64,000 nt of DNA from Rhodothermales bacterium. GTDB lineage: Bacteria > Bacteroidota > Rhodothermia > Rhodothermales > UBA10348. Positions 39,811-48,811 of the stretch are shown one piece after another (the first letter of the stretch is position 1; each line of letters starts with the position of its first letter). Location of the stretch: positions 964,472 to 1,028,471 of the forward strand of contig CBDFGO010000002.1 in assembly GCA_965247125.1 (NCBI GenBank), in the 5' to 3' direction. A program made the position numbers and the translations under genes. The notes below the pieces were generated by a model, which did no database searches, was not told where the DNA came from, and worked only from the letters and a program-made list of their open reading frames with translations.

Positions 39811-40071
39811 CGATCAGGCGAACACCCGGGAGAACTGGCTGGGCCGTACGCGCAAAAAGCCCGGTCATTGAAGACCGAGCTTTTTGGTGCCCATAGTCAC
39901 TACGCGACTGAGCGCCCTCACAAGAGGACACAATCTCAGGCGGCATGAGTGACATAAATATAAGAGGTTCTGATCGAGCTCGCAAGTGTGCAATAACGGA
40001 CTCTATCAACTTCTATCGTATTGCAGGGTGTATTTATGCAAAAAAACCCGCAGGTTCAATCGCAATAACGG

Positions 40072-40689
40072 CTAAAAGCCGAGTTGATTCAGAAATAATT
40101 CCAGCGACGAGGGTTCTACAATCAGAGTCAAAATGATGCCCCCGAGTGCTCCGCCGAGGTGCGCCTCATGGGCAATTCCGCCTCCTCGAGTGTCTCCTTT
40201 CCGCCTCATCGCCACTACCGAAAACACGACAAATCCAGTGGCGAATATCCACGCGGGAATGCCGATTGGAATTAAAAACAGATAAATTCTGTGCAGCGGA
40301 TAGAAAAGACTGAAGGAAAACACCACACCGGAAATCGCACCGGATGCTCCTACGGCCGAATAAGAGACTGAATCTCGATGCATCCAGGTCGTCAGAAGGT
40401 GTGCGGATAGCTCAGCGCCGAAGAAGATTACGAGGAAGAGTGCCGAGCCGAGCCTGACTTCCAGTACAGGCCCAAAGAAAAACAACGTGATCATATTGAA
40501 CGCCAGGTGTCCCATACTGCCGTGCACAAATCCCCCGCTGACCAGGCGATGAAACTCCCTGTTCTTCAACACACGATGCGGTTTGAATGCGAGCTTGTCG
40601 ATCAGATGACGATCGAAGTACAGTGCATATCCACTCACCAGGACGTTGATGAGTAGTAAGAAGAGAGTAAAGGGAGAACTAGAAAACAC
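40072..40689 (-). CDS. Rhomboid-family intramembrane serine protease
   Basis: HLAFNM, GASG (catalytic Ser), AHEAHLGGA (catalytic His). Confidence 0.93.
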   Translation of the reverse strand: MFSSSPFTLFLLLINVLVSGYALYFDRHLIDKLAFKPHRVLKNREFHRLVSGGFVHGSMGHLAFNMITLFFFGPVLEVRLGSALFLVIFFGAELSAHLLTTWMHRDSVSYSAVGASGAISGVVFSFSLFYPLHRIYLFLIPIGIPAWIFATGFVVFSVVAMRRKGDTRGGGIAHEAHLGGALGGIILTLIVEPSSLELFLNQLGF

Positions 40690-40774
40690 TTTGCCACGCG
40701 ATATATTGAGATCATATTGAGTGCGTGGTGTACGTACCGGGCGATCCCCGGATTCGCTTCAATGATCCAAATTT

Positions 40775-41434
40775 TCAGTTGCAGCTACCATATTCCTGGC
40801 CTCTTTCGCGAGACTCGAAATCGACTCGGACCGATCTGCAGAATCGAGCCATTCTCATTCTCAGCGCAGCTTCTTTCATTCCGGTCAATTGCTCTATTTC
40901 TCGGTAGGTCATGGGCTCGGCAGCGACTCGAAATGATAGTATGGTACGTGTCAGGGAATCGCACTCGCACAACCGGCGAGTAGCCGTCCGTAGCTGGCGC
41001 AATTGATAATCGCTCATCTGGCCCCGGCCAATAAATTCTTTTGTATCCGACGCCAACGAATCGGGATCCCGAATGCCAACATCCTCATGGAAGGGCTCTC
41101 GCAGTTTGCGTTTCCGACTTCGCGTCAGATGGCGCACGAGATTGTTTCTGAACATTCGCCGGGTGTAGCGATCCAGACAGCGAACGTGCATCCAGGATTT
41201 TTGAAATTCGACCAGAGACTCTCCCGCGAGGTCGTGGGCGCAGTTTAGGTCCAGGTTTCGTTCTACAGCCACCTTTCGGCCGAAGTACATCTGTCCCCGA
41301 GCATAAACCAGATGAAACAGACTGGCCCGAGCTCGCGTGTCGCCAGCCTGAGCTGCGTAGAGCAATCGGTCAGAATTCTGAGAGGGGTCATTTGGCCGGG
41401 ACGACCGGTCGGGGGCGCTGCTTGTGGGAAACAT
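40775..41434 (-). CDS. Divergent ECF-type sigma factor-like protein
   Basis: AAQAGDTRARASLF (region 1.2/2), AHDLAGE, region-4 HTH MTYREIEQLTGMKEAALRMRMAR; start moved to ATG 41434. Confidence 0.65.
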   Translation of the reverse strand: MFPTSSAPDRSSRPNDPSQNSDRLLYAAQAGDTRARASLFHLVYARGQMYFGRKVAVERNLDLNCAHDLAGESLVEFQKSWMHVRCLDRYTRRMFRNNLVRHLTRSRKRKLREPFHEDVGIRDPDSLASDTKEFIGRGQMSDYQLRQLRTATRRLCECDSLTRTILSFRVAAEPMTYREIEQLTGMKEAALRMRMARFCRSVRVDFESRERGQEYGSCN

Positions 41435-41558
41435 GGTCCGGTGCTTTTCACTTTGGACACCTATGCACCCTACCCGTAACCTGACGCTGTAGAATTCTCG
41501 TGATGCGATACAAAATTGCTGCCAGCGCGGCAATCAGATACAAGCAGATCCGACCGTT

Positions 41559-43583
41559 CTAGTCGCGCAAGCTCCTGAAGTCTTCCAGGCCACCGTTGAG
41601 AAATTCCAAAAATTCGTCCATATCCATTAGCGCACTTTCCCGGGCCAGAAGAATTCTTCCTCGGGGTGCCACGATCGCAAAGGTCGGAAGTGCAGGAGTG
41701 CCGGTGAGACCCATCTGAAACTCGTGAAACTCGTCGCCCATCTCCAGATCGTCGGTGTACAGACGAAGCGCGACAAACTCTTCCGTGAACAATGATGCTA
41801 CCTCGGGTTGCGGAAATACGTTTGCCTCCATCTCCCGGCAATTGGTACACGTCCAGCCAGAAAAGTCCACCATCACGGGCCTTTCAAGTGAGGTGGCTTC
41901 GGCGAAGGCACCATCAATATCGTCCACAAACCAACCCTCGTCCGAATCGACGACCTGACCTGAATCTGCGCCAATCAATGAGTAGATGCTCACATCCGTC
42001 CCGAGGCGGGGTGGCAGGTAAGCATCGAGTGCATTGAGGGGGGCCCCGAGCAGCCCAGGAATCAGATAGAGTGAAAACACGAAAAACCCTCCAGCCACCA
42101 GAAGTCTTCCCACACCTATCGATTCGACTTCCGGCTCATGCGGGAATCGTAGTTTCCCCAACAGATAGAGTCCAGTCATCAGAAATACGACCAGGATAAA
42201 CGCGATTCCAAGCGTTCTGGATAGCAGTCCGAAACCCCAGACCAGATCCGCGTTTGAGAGAAACTTTACAGCTGCAGCGAGCTCAATGAACCCCAGGACA
42301 ACTTTCACGGAGTTCATCCAGGCACCCGACCGGGGAAGCGACTCGAGGGCTCGAGGGAACAGAGCAAGCAGAACGAAGGGTAGCGCAAACGTGGTACTGT
42401 AGACGACCATTCCGAACAGCGGATAGATCCACGTTCCTGCTGAGGCCGCCGCCAGCAGTCCTCCCACAAACGGTGCCGTGCACGAGAAAGACACGAGGGT
42501 CAGCGTAAGACCCATAAACAGAACTCCGGCCCATCCCCGTTCTTCAGTGCCGCGTTTTCCGACTCTGGTCAAAAACGAGGAAGGCAGCCGAAGCTCGTAC
42601 AGACCGAGCAAAGAGAGCGCAAATCCGATGAGCACAACGGCGATCATCAGATTCACCCACGGATTGGAGGCGATGGTCTGAGCACCGGCCGCGCCAACCA
42701 ACACAGACATCACCACCCCGATTCCGGTAAACGTTACGACGATCGCAGCACCGAACACCAGTGCCATCCGGACAGCTCTGGATCGGCTGTGCCCCTGCTT
42801 GGTGAAGTAGGAAATCGTCAGCGGTATCATCGGGAATACACACGGCGTCAGCAAGGAAATCAATCCCGCTGCAATGGCCAGCAGTAGGAACGGCCACATG
42901 CCTCCTACCCGATAAGATTCCAGATCCGTCGTGAGTGAGGCCATCATCGCTCCACCGTCCGCGTTCACTTCACGTGTGCGCGAAATATCCGCTTCAGTGG
43001 CGCTGCAACCGCTGCAGGTTGGATCCACAAAGAGCGTGAGAGGGAGACTGATGGTTGCCGGACGGAGACAGGTCCCGAAATCGTCACTACATACTTGATA
43101 CCGGACGTCAGCGAAAAATTCGTGCGTGACGGCAATTGAATCAACCACGCGCACCCCCGCATAAAACGTCGCCTGTGTATGGAAATACCCCAACTCCATA
43201 TCAAACGTGATGTCGTATCCGACTTCGGGTGGCGATTGCCCGACATCCCCCAAAGCTTCGAGAGCAGGGCCCACGTTAGGCAGTGTCACCACAACCCCAT
43301 ACGGCCGGCTCAGGACGTCGTCACGAGAAGGCAGCGTCGTGTCGAGCGCGTACATCTTCCAGTCCCCGTTCATCCGGGCGGTCAACTTTATGACGCTCAC
43401 ACCATGGGGCCCAATGGTGGACGGCACCGCTCGAGATGTCCAAGAGACAATATCCTCTGGACCCTTGATCTCGTCAAGGCTGAGAACGACCTGCGGCTCA
43501 ATTGAAAACTGAGCAACGACTCCTTGGGCCGGCAAGAACAGCAGGAAGAGAAGCCAGATATATAGAGAGTTTCTGGAGGTCAT
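41559..43583 (-). CDS. dsbD: Thiol:disulfide interchange protein DsbD
   Basis: N-domain C-x6-C (YQVCSDDFGTC), TM domain TPCVFPMIP and FSCTAP, thioredoxin WTCTNCREME. Confidence 0.92.
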   Translation of the reverse strand: MTSRNSLYIWLLFLLFLPAQGVVAQFSIEPQVVLSLDEIKGPEDIVSWTSRAVPSTIGPHGVSVIKLTARMNGDWKMYALDTTLPSRDDVLSRPYGVVVTLPNVGPALEALGDVGQSPPEVGYDITFDMELGYFHTQATFYAGVRVVDSIAVTHEFFADVRYQVCSDDFGTCLRPATISLPLTLFVDPTCSGCSATEADISRTREVNADGGAMMASLTTDLESYRVGGMWPFLLLAIAAGLISLLTPCVFPMIPLTISYFTKQGHSRSRAVRMALVFGAAIVVTFTGIGVVMSVLVGAAGAQTIASNPWVNLMIAVVLIGFALSLLGLYELRLPSSFLTRVGKRGTEERGWAGVLFMGLTLTLVSFSCTAPFVGGLLAAASAGTWIYPLFGMVVYSTTFALPFVLLALFPRALESLPRSGAWMNSVKVVLGFIELAAAVKFLSNADLVWGFGLLSRTLGIAFILVVFLMTGLYLLGKLRFPHEPEVESIGVGRLLVAGGFFVFSLYLIPGLLGAPLNALDAYLPPRLGTDVSIYSLIGADSGQVVDSDEGWFVDDIDGAFAEATSLERPVMVDFSGWTCTNCREMEANVFPQPEVASLFTEEFVALRLYTDDLEMGDEFHEFQMGLTGTPALPTFAIVAPRGRILLARESALMDMDEFLEFLNGGLEDFRSLRD

Positions 43584-43670
43584 AGGAAGAAAGAAAAAAG
43601 GGTATCCGTCGGCGGTGCGCTAACGAATACCCTCTTCTAAGGTTGCCCGCATGTGGCGGTGCAGAGAGAC

Positions 43671-44126
43671 CTACCCCTCGGCGACTTCAGGCTCGACTCG
43701 AATCTTGATTTCTGCCACAACTTCGGGATGGATTTTCACCGATGCCGTGTAGACGCCCAAAAGACGGATCTCATCTTCAATTTCGATCTTGCGACGATCA
43801 ATCGCGATGCCGTGCGAAGCCAGTCCGTCCGCAATCTGTTGCGGCGTGACCGAACCAAAGATGCGGTTTTCCTCGCCAACTTTGGCGTGAATTACCACTT
43901 CCACGCTGGCCATTTCCTTCGCCAGTGCTTCCGCATCTTCCTTTCTCTTTGCGATCTTGCGCGAGGCCTGACGGCGCTCTTCCTCCCAGGCCTTGACTAC
44001 GCCCCGGGTCGCCAGTCTCGCCAATCCCTTCGGAATGAGAAAATTTCGACCGTAACCGTCTTTGACGGACACGATGCTTCCCTCATCGCCCAGGTTTTCG
44101 ACGTCTTCAAGAAGAATGACTTTCAT
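43671..44126 (-). CDS. rplI: 50S ribosomal protein L9
   Basis: MKVILLEDVENLG...VKDGYGRNFLIPKG, IFGSVT. Confidence 0.98.
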   Translation of the reverse strand: MKVILLEDVENLGDEGSIVSVKDGYGRNFLIPKGLARLATRGVVKAWEEERRQASRKIAKRKEDAEALAKEMASVEVVIHAKVGEENRIFGSVTPQQIADGLASHGIAIDRRKIEIEDEIRLLGVYTASVKIHPEVVAEIKIRVEPEVAEG

Positions 44127-44166
44127 GATAGTGTCGTTCTATGACGGGAAACCCGTCAGTTTCTAA

Positions 44167-44373
44167 TTACTTGAGTGAGTCCGCAACGAAAGGAATCATG
44201 GCCATGTGACGTGCGCGTTTGACCGCACGGGTCAGCTGACGCTGAAACTTTGCAGATACGTTCGTTATGCGACGGGGCAGAATTTTACCCTGCTCATTCA
44301 AATATCGTTTAACCAGCTCGATGTCTTTGTAATCGACGTACTCCGGCTCTCTGAATGGTGAATTCATTGACAT
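44167..44373 (-). CDS. rpsR: 30S ribosomal protein S18
   Basis: [33 protein letters not shown]; start moved to ATG 44373. Confidence 0.97.
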   Translation of the reverse strand: MSMNSPFREPEYVDYKDIELVKRYLNEQGKILPRRITNVSAKFQRQLTRAVKRARHMAMIPFVADSLK

Positions 44374-44377
44374 AATT

Positions 44378-44773
44378 CTAGTTGTCGGTTTCGGTTGCGG
44401 GTTCCGGCTCTGCGTCTGCAGCTGCGGCTTCTTCGACACGACGGGCACGAGACTCCTCGTAATGGCGAATCATTTTCGCATCCATTCGAAGCGTCATATA
44501 ACGGAGGATGTTGTCGTCGATCTCCAGGGCGCGCTCGAGGCGAGTGATAATCGTACCCGAAGAACGGAAATACATGTTGACGTAATATCCGTTGCGTTTT
44601 TTCTGGATAGGATAAGAAAGGCGGCGTGCGCCCCATTCATCCACTTCGATAATCTCCGCGCCGGTTTCCGAGATGTATTTGGTTACCCTGGAAACAAGGT
44701 TTTTTACCTGCTCATCGGAAATAACCGAATTGACGATGTACGAAAGTTCGTACGTGTTTTCATTTGTAGCCAT
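44378..44773 (-). CDS. rpsF: 30S ribosomal protein S6
   Basis: [22 protein letters not shown]. Confidence 0.97.
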   Translation of the reverse strand: MATNENTYELSYIVNSVISDEQVKNLVSRVTKYISETGAEIIEVDEWGARRLSYPIQKKRNGYYVNMYFRSSGTIITRLERALEIDDNILRYMTLRMDAKMIRHYEESRARRVEEAAAADAEPEPATETDN

Positions 44774-44930
44774 TGATCCCCTTGGAATGTTGATGGGCTA
44801 TGCCCCGCGAAACGACTTCTATATGATGCCGCGCACGAAGTAGGGATTGTACAGAACCGCAAAATAAGGATTCGAATTCCTAAAGCCACCCACGGTGGAC
44901 GCATTCGTCGAATTTACACACGAGCACGGA

Positions 44931-46007
44931 TTACAGATTCGCCAGACGATCTGCATTTTCGGCAGTACGAAGGGCCTTCAAGATGTCTTCAAGCTCTCCG
45001 TTCATAATCTTCTCGAGCGCGTGATTCTTGTTGTCACCCTCCAGTCGATGGTCTGTGACGCGCCCCTGCGGCCAGTTGTACGTTCGAATCTTTGCACTCC
45101 TGTCGCCTGTCGACACCTGGGATCGCCGAGCTTCACTCCGCTCTGATTCAATTTCCGCCAGTTTCACTTCATACAGTCTGGACCGGAGCACTCTCAGAGC
45201 CTTTTCCTTGTTCTTGTGCTGGCTCTTCTCGTCCTGACAGGTAACCACGAGACCCGTGGGAATGTGTGTAATACGCACGGCTGAATCGGTTGTATTCACG
45301 CTCTGCCCTCCCGGACCACTGGAGCGGTAGACATCTATTTTCAGTTCGTTCGCCTGGATGTCGACGTCCACTTCTTCGGCCTCTGGGAGAACCGCGACGG
45401 TAGCGGCTGAGGTGTGAATCCGACCACTCGACTCTGTGGCCGGTACACGTTGCACGCGATGCACACCACTCTCATACTTCATCGCCCCGTAGGCATCCGC
45501 ACCGCTGATGCTGAAGATGATCTCCTTGAAGCCGCCTTTCGTGCCCTGGGAGCTGTTCATCAGATCGATTTTCCAGCCTTTTTTTTCCGCAACCTTGCCG
45601 TATAGCCTGAACAAATCGCCGGCAAAGAGAGCCGCTTCATCTCCGCCCGTCCCGGCCCGAATTTCGATGATGGCATCCTTAGTGTCCTCCGGGTTCTTTG
45701 GAATCAGCATCAGCCGGAGATTGTCTTCCTTGATCGGGAGATCGGATTCCAGGTCCACCAATTCACCCTTCGCCATCTCGACCAGATCGTCTTCGCCTTC
45801 TAGAGTGATGAGTTCCTTCAGGTCCGCGATCTCTTTCAAAAGGCTCAGATACTCGTCAATGTGACGAACAATATCCCTTAGAGAGGTGTGCTCCCTACCG
45901 AGCTTGGCCATCTTTCGCGGATCGGTTGCAACCGCCGGGTCAGACATCTCAGTGGTGATGTCTGAAAATCGATTTTGTATGCCGTCCAGAACCTCTGAAT
46001 TGATCAT
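44931..46007 (-). CDS. prfA: Peptide chain release factor 1
   Basis: EIRAGTGGDEA, HRVQRVPAT (PxT), GGQ, RTYN. Confidence 0.97.
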   Translation of the reverse strand: MINSEVLDGIQNRFSDITTEMSDPAVATDPRKMAKLGREHTSLRDIVRHIDEYLSLLKEIADLKELITLEGEDDLVEMAKGELVDLESDLPIKEDNLRLMLIPKNPEDTKDAIIEIRAGTGGDEAALFAGDLFRLYGKVAEKKGWKIDLMNSSQGTKGGFKEIIFSISGADAYGAMKYESGVHRVQRVPATESSGRIHTSAATVAVLPEAEEVDVDIQANELKIDVYRSSGPGGQSVNTTDSAVRITHIPTGLVVTCQDEKSQHKNKEKALRVLRSRLYEVKLAEIESERSEARRSQVSTGDRSAKIRTYNWPQGRVTDHRLEGDNKNHALEKIMNGELEDILKALRTAENADRLANL

Positions 46008-46285
46008 GAGATGCTAAAATTGGAGAAAGTGGGGCGAATTACGCAGCGACTTCTGATTGGTTCGAAATCAGGGACGAGGATCAGGGTGAGACTCGTATTC
46101 GCAGAGTGAGACTCACCACAGGAATCTATTTGACCCAAAGAACGCAAATCGGACAGATACGGACGTAATTAACCCCGAGCCTCACGAGAATTCTTCGAGG
46201 TTCAAACATGGCACGCTTTCTGTAATCGAAGTAGCAAATCCCGTTTAGAATTCTCCCGAACTATTCTACAGCCTCCCTTTCCAAT

Positions 46286-46666
46286 ATGCTAGCATCCCCC
46301 TACCATCGCATTACCAGTTCGAATTCGGTTCGCGGAATCGTCCTATGGGTTGTGACCTGCTTTACCGTTTTCTATGTGATTGATGGCCTGGCTACGCGTC
46401 CGAGACCGGTAGAGGTCGAATCGTTCAGAGAAACCGGGATGAACGACGAGCAGGTTTTATCGATGGCCCTCCAGAACGCGAATGAATCGCGCTCGATTTC
46501 GTGGTGGATCCATGATCGAGAGGCCTATCTCGTGTTCGACAAAGATCGCAACTACCTCATCAGCGAAGCTACTTATACGATCTTCGATCTGAAGCCGGAG
46601 CAGGATGCTTCCGGAACTCCGATCCGGGTCTTCCGACAGAACGTCGCCGGGATACAGGCTCCTTAG
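46286..46666 (+). CDS. Hypothetical protein with N-terminal TM helix
   Basis: 126-aa ATG ORF filling the gap between prfA and glmS; hydrophobic segment GIVLWVVTCFTVFYVI. Confidence 0.55.
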   Translation: MLASPYHRITSSNSVRGIVLWVVTCFTVFYVIDGLATRPRPVEVESFRETGMNDEQVLSMALQNANESRSISWWIHDREAYLVFDKDRNYLISEATYTIFDLKPEQDASGTPIRVFRQNVAGIQAP

Positions 46667-46752
46667 AACTCCGAAGAACGTAAGCTCGTCTGTGGAGCGG
46701 CTAGAAACGAAACCATCTGAAGCACTCGCTCAGAGTTCGTGTAGATCTCGGC

Positions 46753-48585
46753 TTATTCGACGGTTACACTCTTGGCCAGATTCCGAGGCTGATCTACGTC
46801 ACAGCCGCGCATGACCGCGATGTAATAGGACAGTAGCTGGAGCGGAATGACGGAAAGAAGTGGACTTAGCAGCTCTTTCGTCCGGGGAATTCGAATCACG
46901 TGTTCGCAAAGACCGTCGAGGTCGCCATTGGTAGCGTCCGTCACTGCGATCACGATTCCGTCTCGCGCGACCACTTCTTCGATGTTCGAGAGAACTTTCT
47001 GATATGAACTGTCCTGCATTGCCAGAAATACTACCGGCATGGATTGGTCGATCAGTGCAATCGGGCCGTGCTTCATCTCGGCTGCCGGGTATCCTTCCGC
47101 GTGGATATAAGAAATCTCTTTCAGCTTGAGTGCACCTTCAAGTGCGACTGGAAAGTTCGGCCCGCGTCCGAGGTACAAAAAATTGGAAGCGTGCCCGTAG
47201 ATCTGCGAAATCTCTTTTACGTAGTCTGCCGAATCCAGCACCTGTTGGATCTTTGCGGGAATCGCTTTCATCTCAGCGACATATTCTTTCAGTTCATCAT
47301 CCCCAAGGGTCCTACCCTGGGACAATTTCAGGGCCAGCTGGGTCAGGACGCTCACCTGAGCCGTGAATGCCTTGGTAGAAGCAACACCTATTTCAGGACC
47401 AGCGTGCAGATAGACACCCGCATTGGTTTCTCGGGCGACGGTCGACCCAACCGTGTTACATATCCCGTAAACGGGCACGTTATTTTTTTGGGCTTCTTTC
47501 ATCGCGGCCAGTGTATCGGCCGTCTCGCCGCTCTGAGAAATCACGATCACCGCATCACCATCACGCAGTATTGGATTCCGGTAGCGGAATTCAGATGCGT
47601 ACTCCACTTCGACTGGAATGCGGGCGAGCGATTCGATGAGATACTCGCCAACGAGGGCTGCATGCCAGGACGTGCCGCAGGCGCAGAGAATAATTCGGGA
47701 GGCATTTTTGAGGTCTTCGATCGAATCCATCATCCCACCAAGCTGGACGAACGGATCGTGATCGAGCATTCGGCCCCGCATTGAATTTTCGACCGCAGAA
47801 GGCTGCTCCATGATCTCCTTGAGCATGAAATGCTCGTATCCGCCCTTTTCAATCTGTTCGAGATCCCATTCCAGCTCGTGGACGGTCTTATCGAGCGCCA
47901 CGTCCGCCACTGAGAAAACCTTGAATCCACTACGCCGGACGATGATCAATTCACCATCGTTCAGGTAGACAACTTTCTTCGTGTACTCGATAATCGGCGC
48001 GGCATCAGAGCCCAGAAAATACTCACCTTCGCCAATTCCCAGAAGCAAAGGGGATCCCTTCCTGGCAGCAATGAGCATGTCAGAATCTTCACCCGAGACC
48101 AAAGCAATACCATAGGCGCCTTCAACTTGACTGAGTGCTTGCCGAACAGCTTTCCCAAGTGAGAGACCCGTGTTTTTTTGGACATCCTCGATCAGACGAA
48201 CGAGCACCTCGGTGTCCGTCTGAGAGGTAAATTTGTATCCTCTCGACGAAAGACTTTCCCTCAGAGCGCTATAATTTTCGATAATTCCGTTGTGGACCAG
48301 GGCAAACGTTCCGTCCGAACTGACGTGAGGATGGGCATTGACATCATTCGGCGTGCCGTGCGTCGCCCACCGGGTGTGTCCAATTCCGATCTTTCCGGAA
48401 ATGCCGGCGCGCTCAAGATCGTTCGAGAGATGGACGATTTTGCCCTTTTTCTTCCGAACCTCGAGCTTTCCATTGGCAATTGCGATGCCTGCGGAGTCGT
48501 ATCCACGATACTCAAGACGAGACAATCCCTTGATCAGGATGTCTGACGCCTGTCGTTCACCGATGTATCCAACTATTCCGCACAT
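46753..48585 (-). CDS. glmS: Glutamine--fructose-6-phosphate aminotransferase
   Basis: MCGIVG, RGYDSAG, GHTRWATHG, SQSGET, PRNLAKSVTVE. Confidence 0.98.
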   Translation of the reverse strand: MCGIVGYIGERQASDILIKGLSRLEYRGYDSAGIAIANGKLEVRKKKGKIVHLSNDLERAGISGKIGIGHTRWATHGTPNDVNAHPHVSSDGTFALVHNGIIENYSALRESLSSRGYKFTSQTDTEVLVRLIEDVQKNTGLSLGKAVRQALSQVEGAYGIALVSGEDSDMLIAARKGSPLLLGIGEGEYFLGSDAAPIIEYTKKVVYLNDGELIIVRRSGFKVFSVADVALDKTVHELEWDLEQIEKGGYEHFMLKEIMEQPSAVENSMRGRMLDHDPFVQLGGMMDSIEDLKNASRIILCACGTSWHAALVGEYLIESLARIPVEVEYASEFRYRNPILRDGDAVIVISQSGETADTLAAMKEAQKNNVPVYGICNTVGSTVARETNAGVYLHAGPEIGVASTKAFTAQVSVLTQLALKLSQGRTLGDDELKEYVAEMKAIPAKIQQVLDSADYVKEISQIYGHASNFLYLGRGPNFPVALEGALKLKEISYIHAEGYPAAEMKHGPIALIDQSMPVVFLAMQDSSYQKVLSNIEEVVARDGIVIAVTDATNGDLDGLCEHVIRIPRTKELLSPLLSVIPLQLLSYYIAVMRGCDVDQPRNLAKSVTVE

Positions 48586-48747
48586 ATCGTGGGTGTCGCA
48601 TTAGCCCATTTCAGGCGAAATGGGAGGTTTTTTTCTAAAAACGCGAAACTGGGAGTAGAATTCAGCGCAAAACACTCAAAAATCCTGCCGGTTTCCTCCT
48701 TTCCATGATCCTGCCGATAAATTGGCCGCGCGGAAAGTGCCGAAAGT

Positions 48748-48785
48748 GCGGAATTCAAGCCGGGGGCGGAATTCAAGCCGGGGGC
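48748..48785. repeat. Exact 18-bp tandem duplication GCGGAATTCAAGCCGGGG
   Basis: Copies at 48748-48765 and 48766-48783; degenerate copy near 48805. Confidence 0.85.
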
Positions 48786-48811
48786 AGAACATAGGCAATC
48801 GATGGCGGAGT

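Noticed and set aside
38924-40136. Short ORFs on both strands in the HAD-rhomboid gap (e.g. 39013-39444, 39320-39871, 39441-39665, 39704-40009)
   Set aside because: Mutually overlapping, biased composition (F/P/S or R/G/E) that mirrors the purine skew, no recognisable motifs; the RNA interpretation explains the region better. The 74-aa minus ORF cannot be fully excluded.
48586-48811. glmS ribozyme upstream of glmS
   Set aside because: Conserved ribozyme core not recognisable; the region holds only short duplications.
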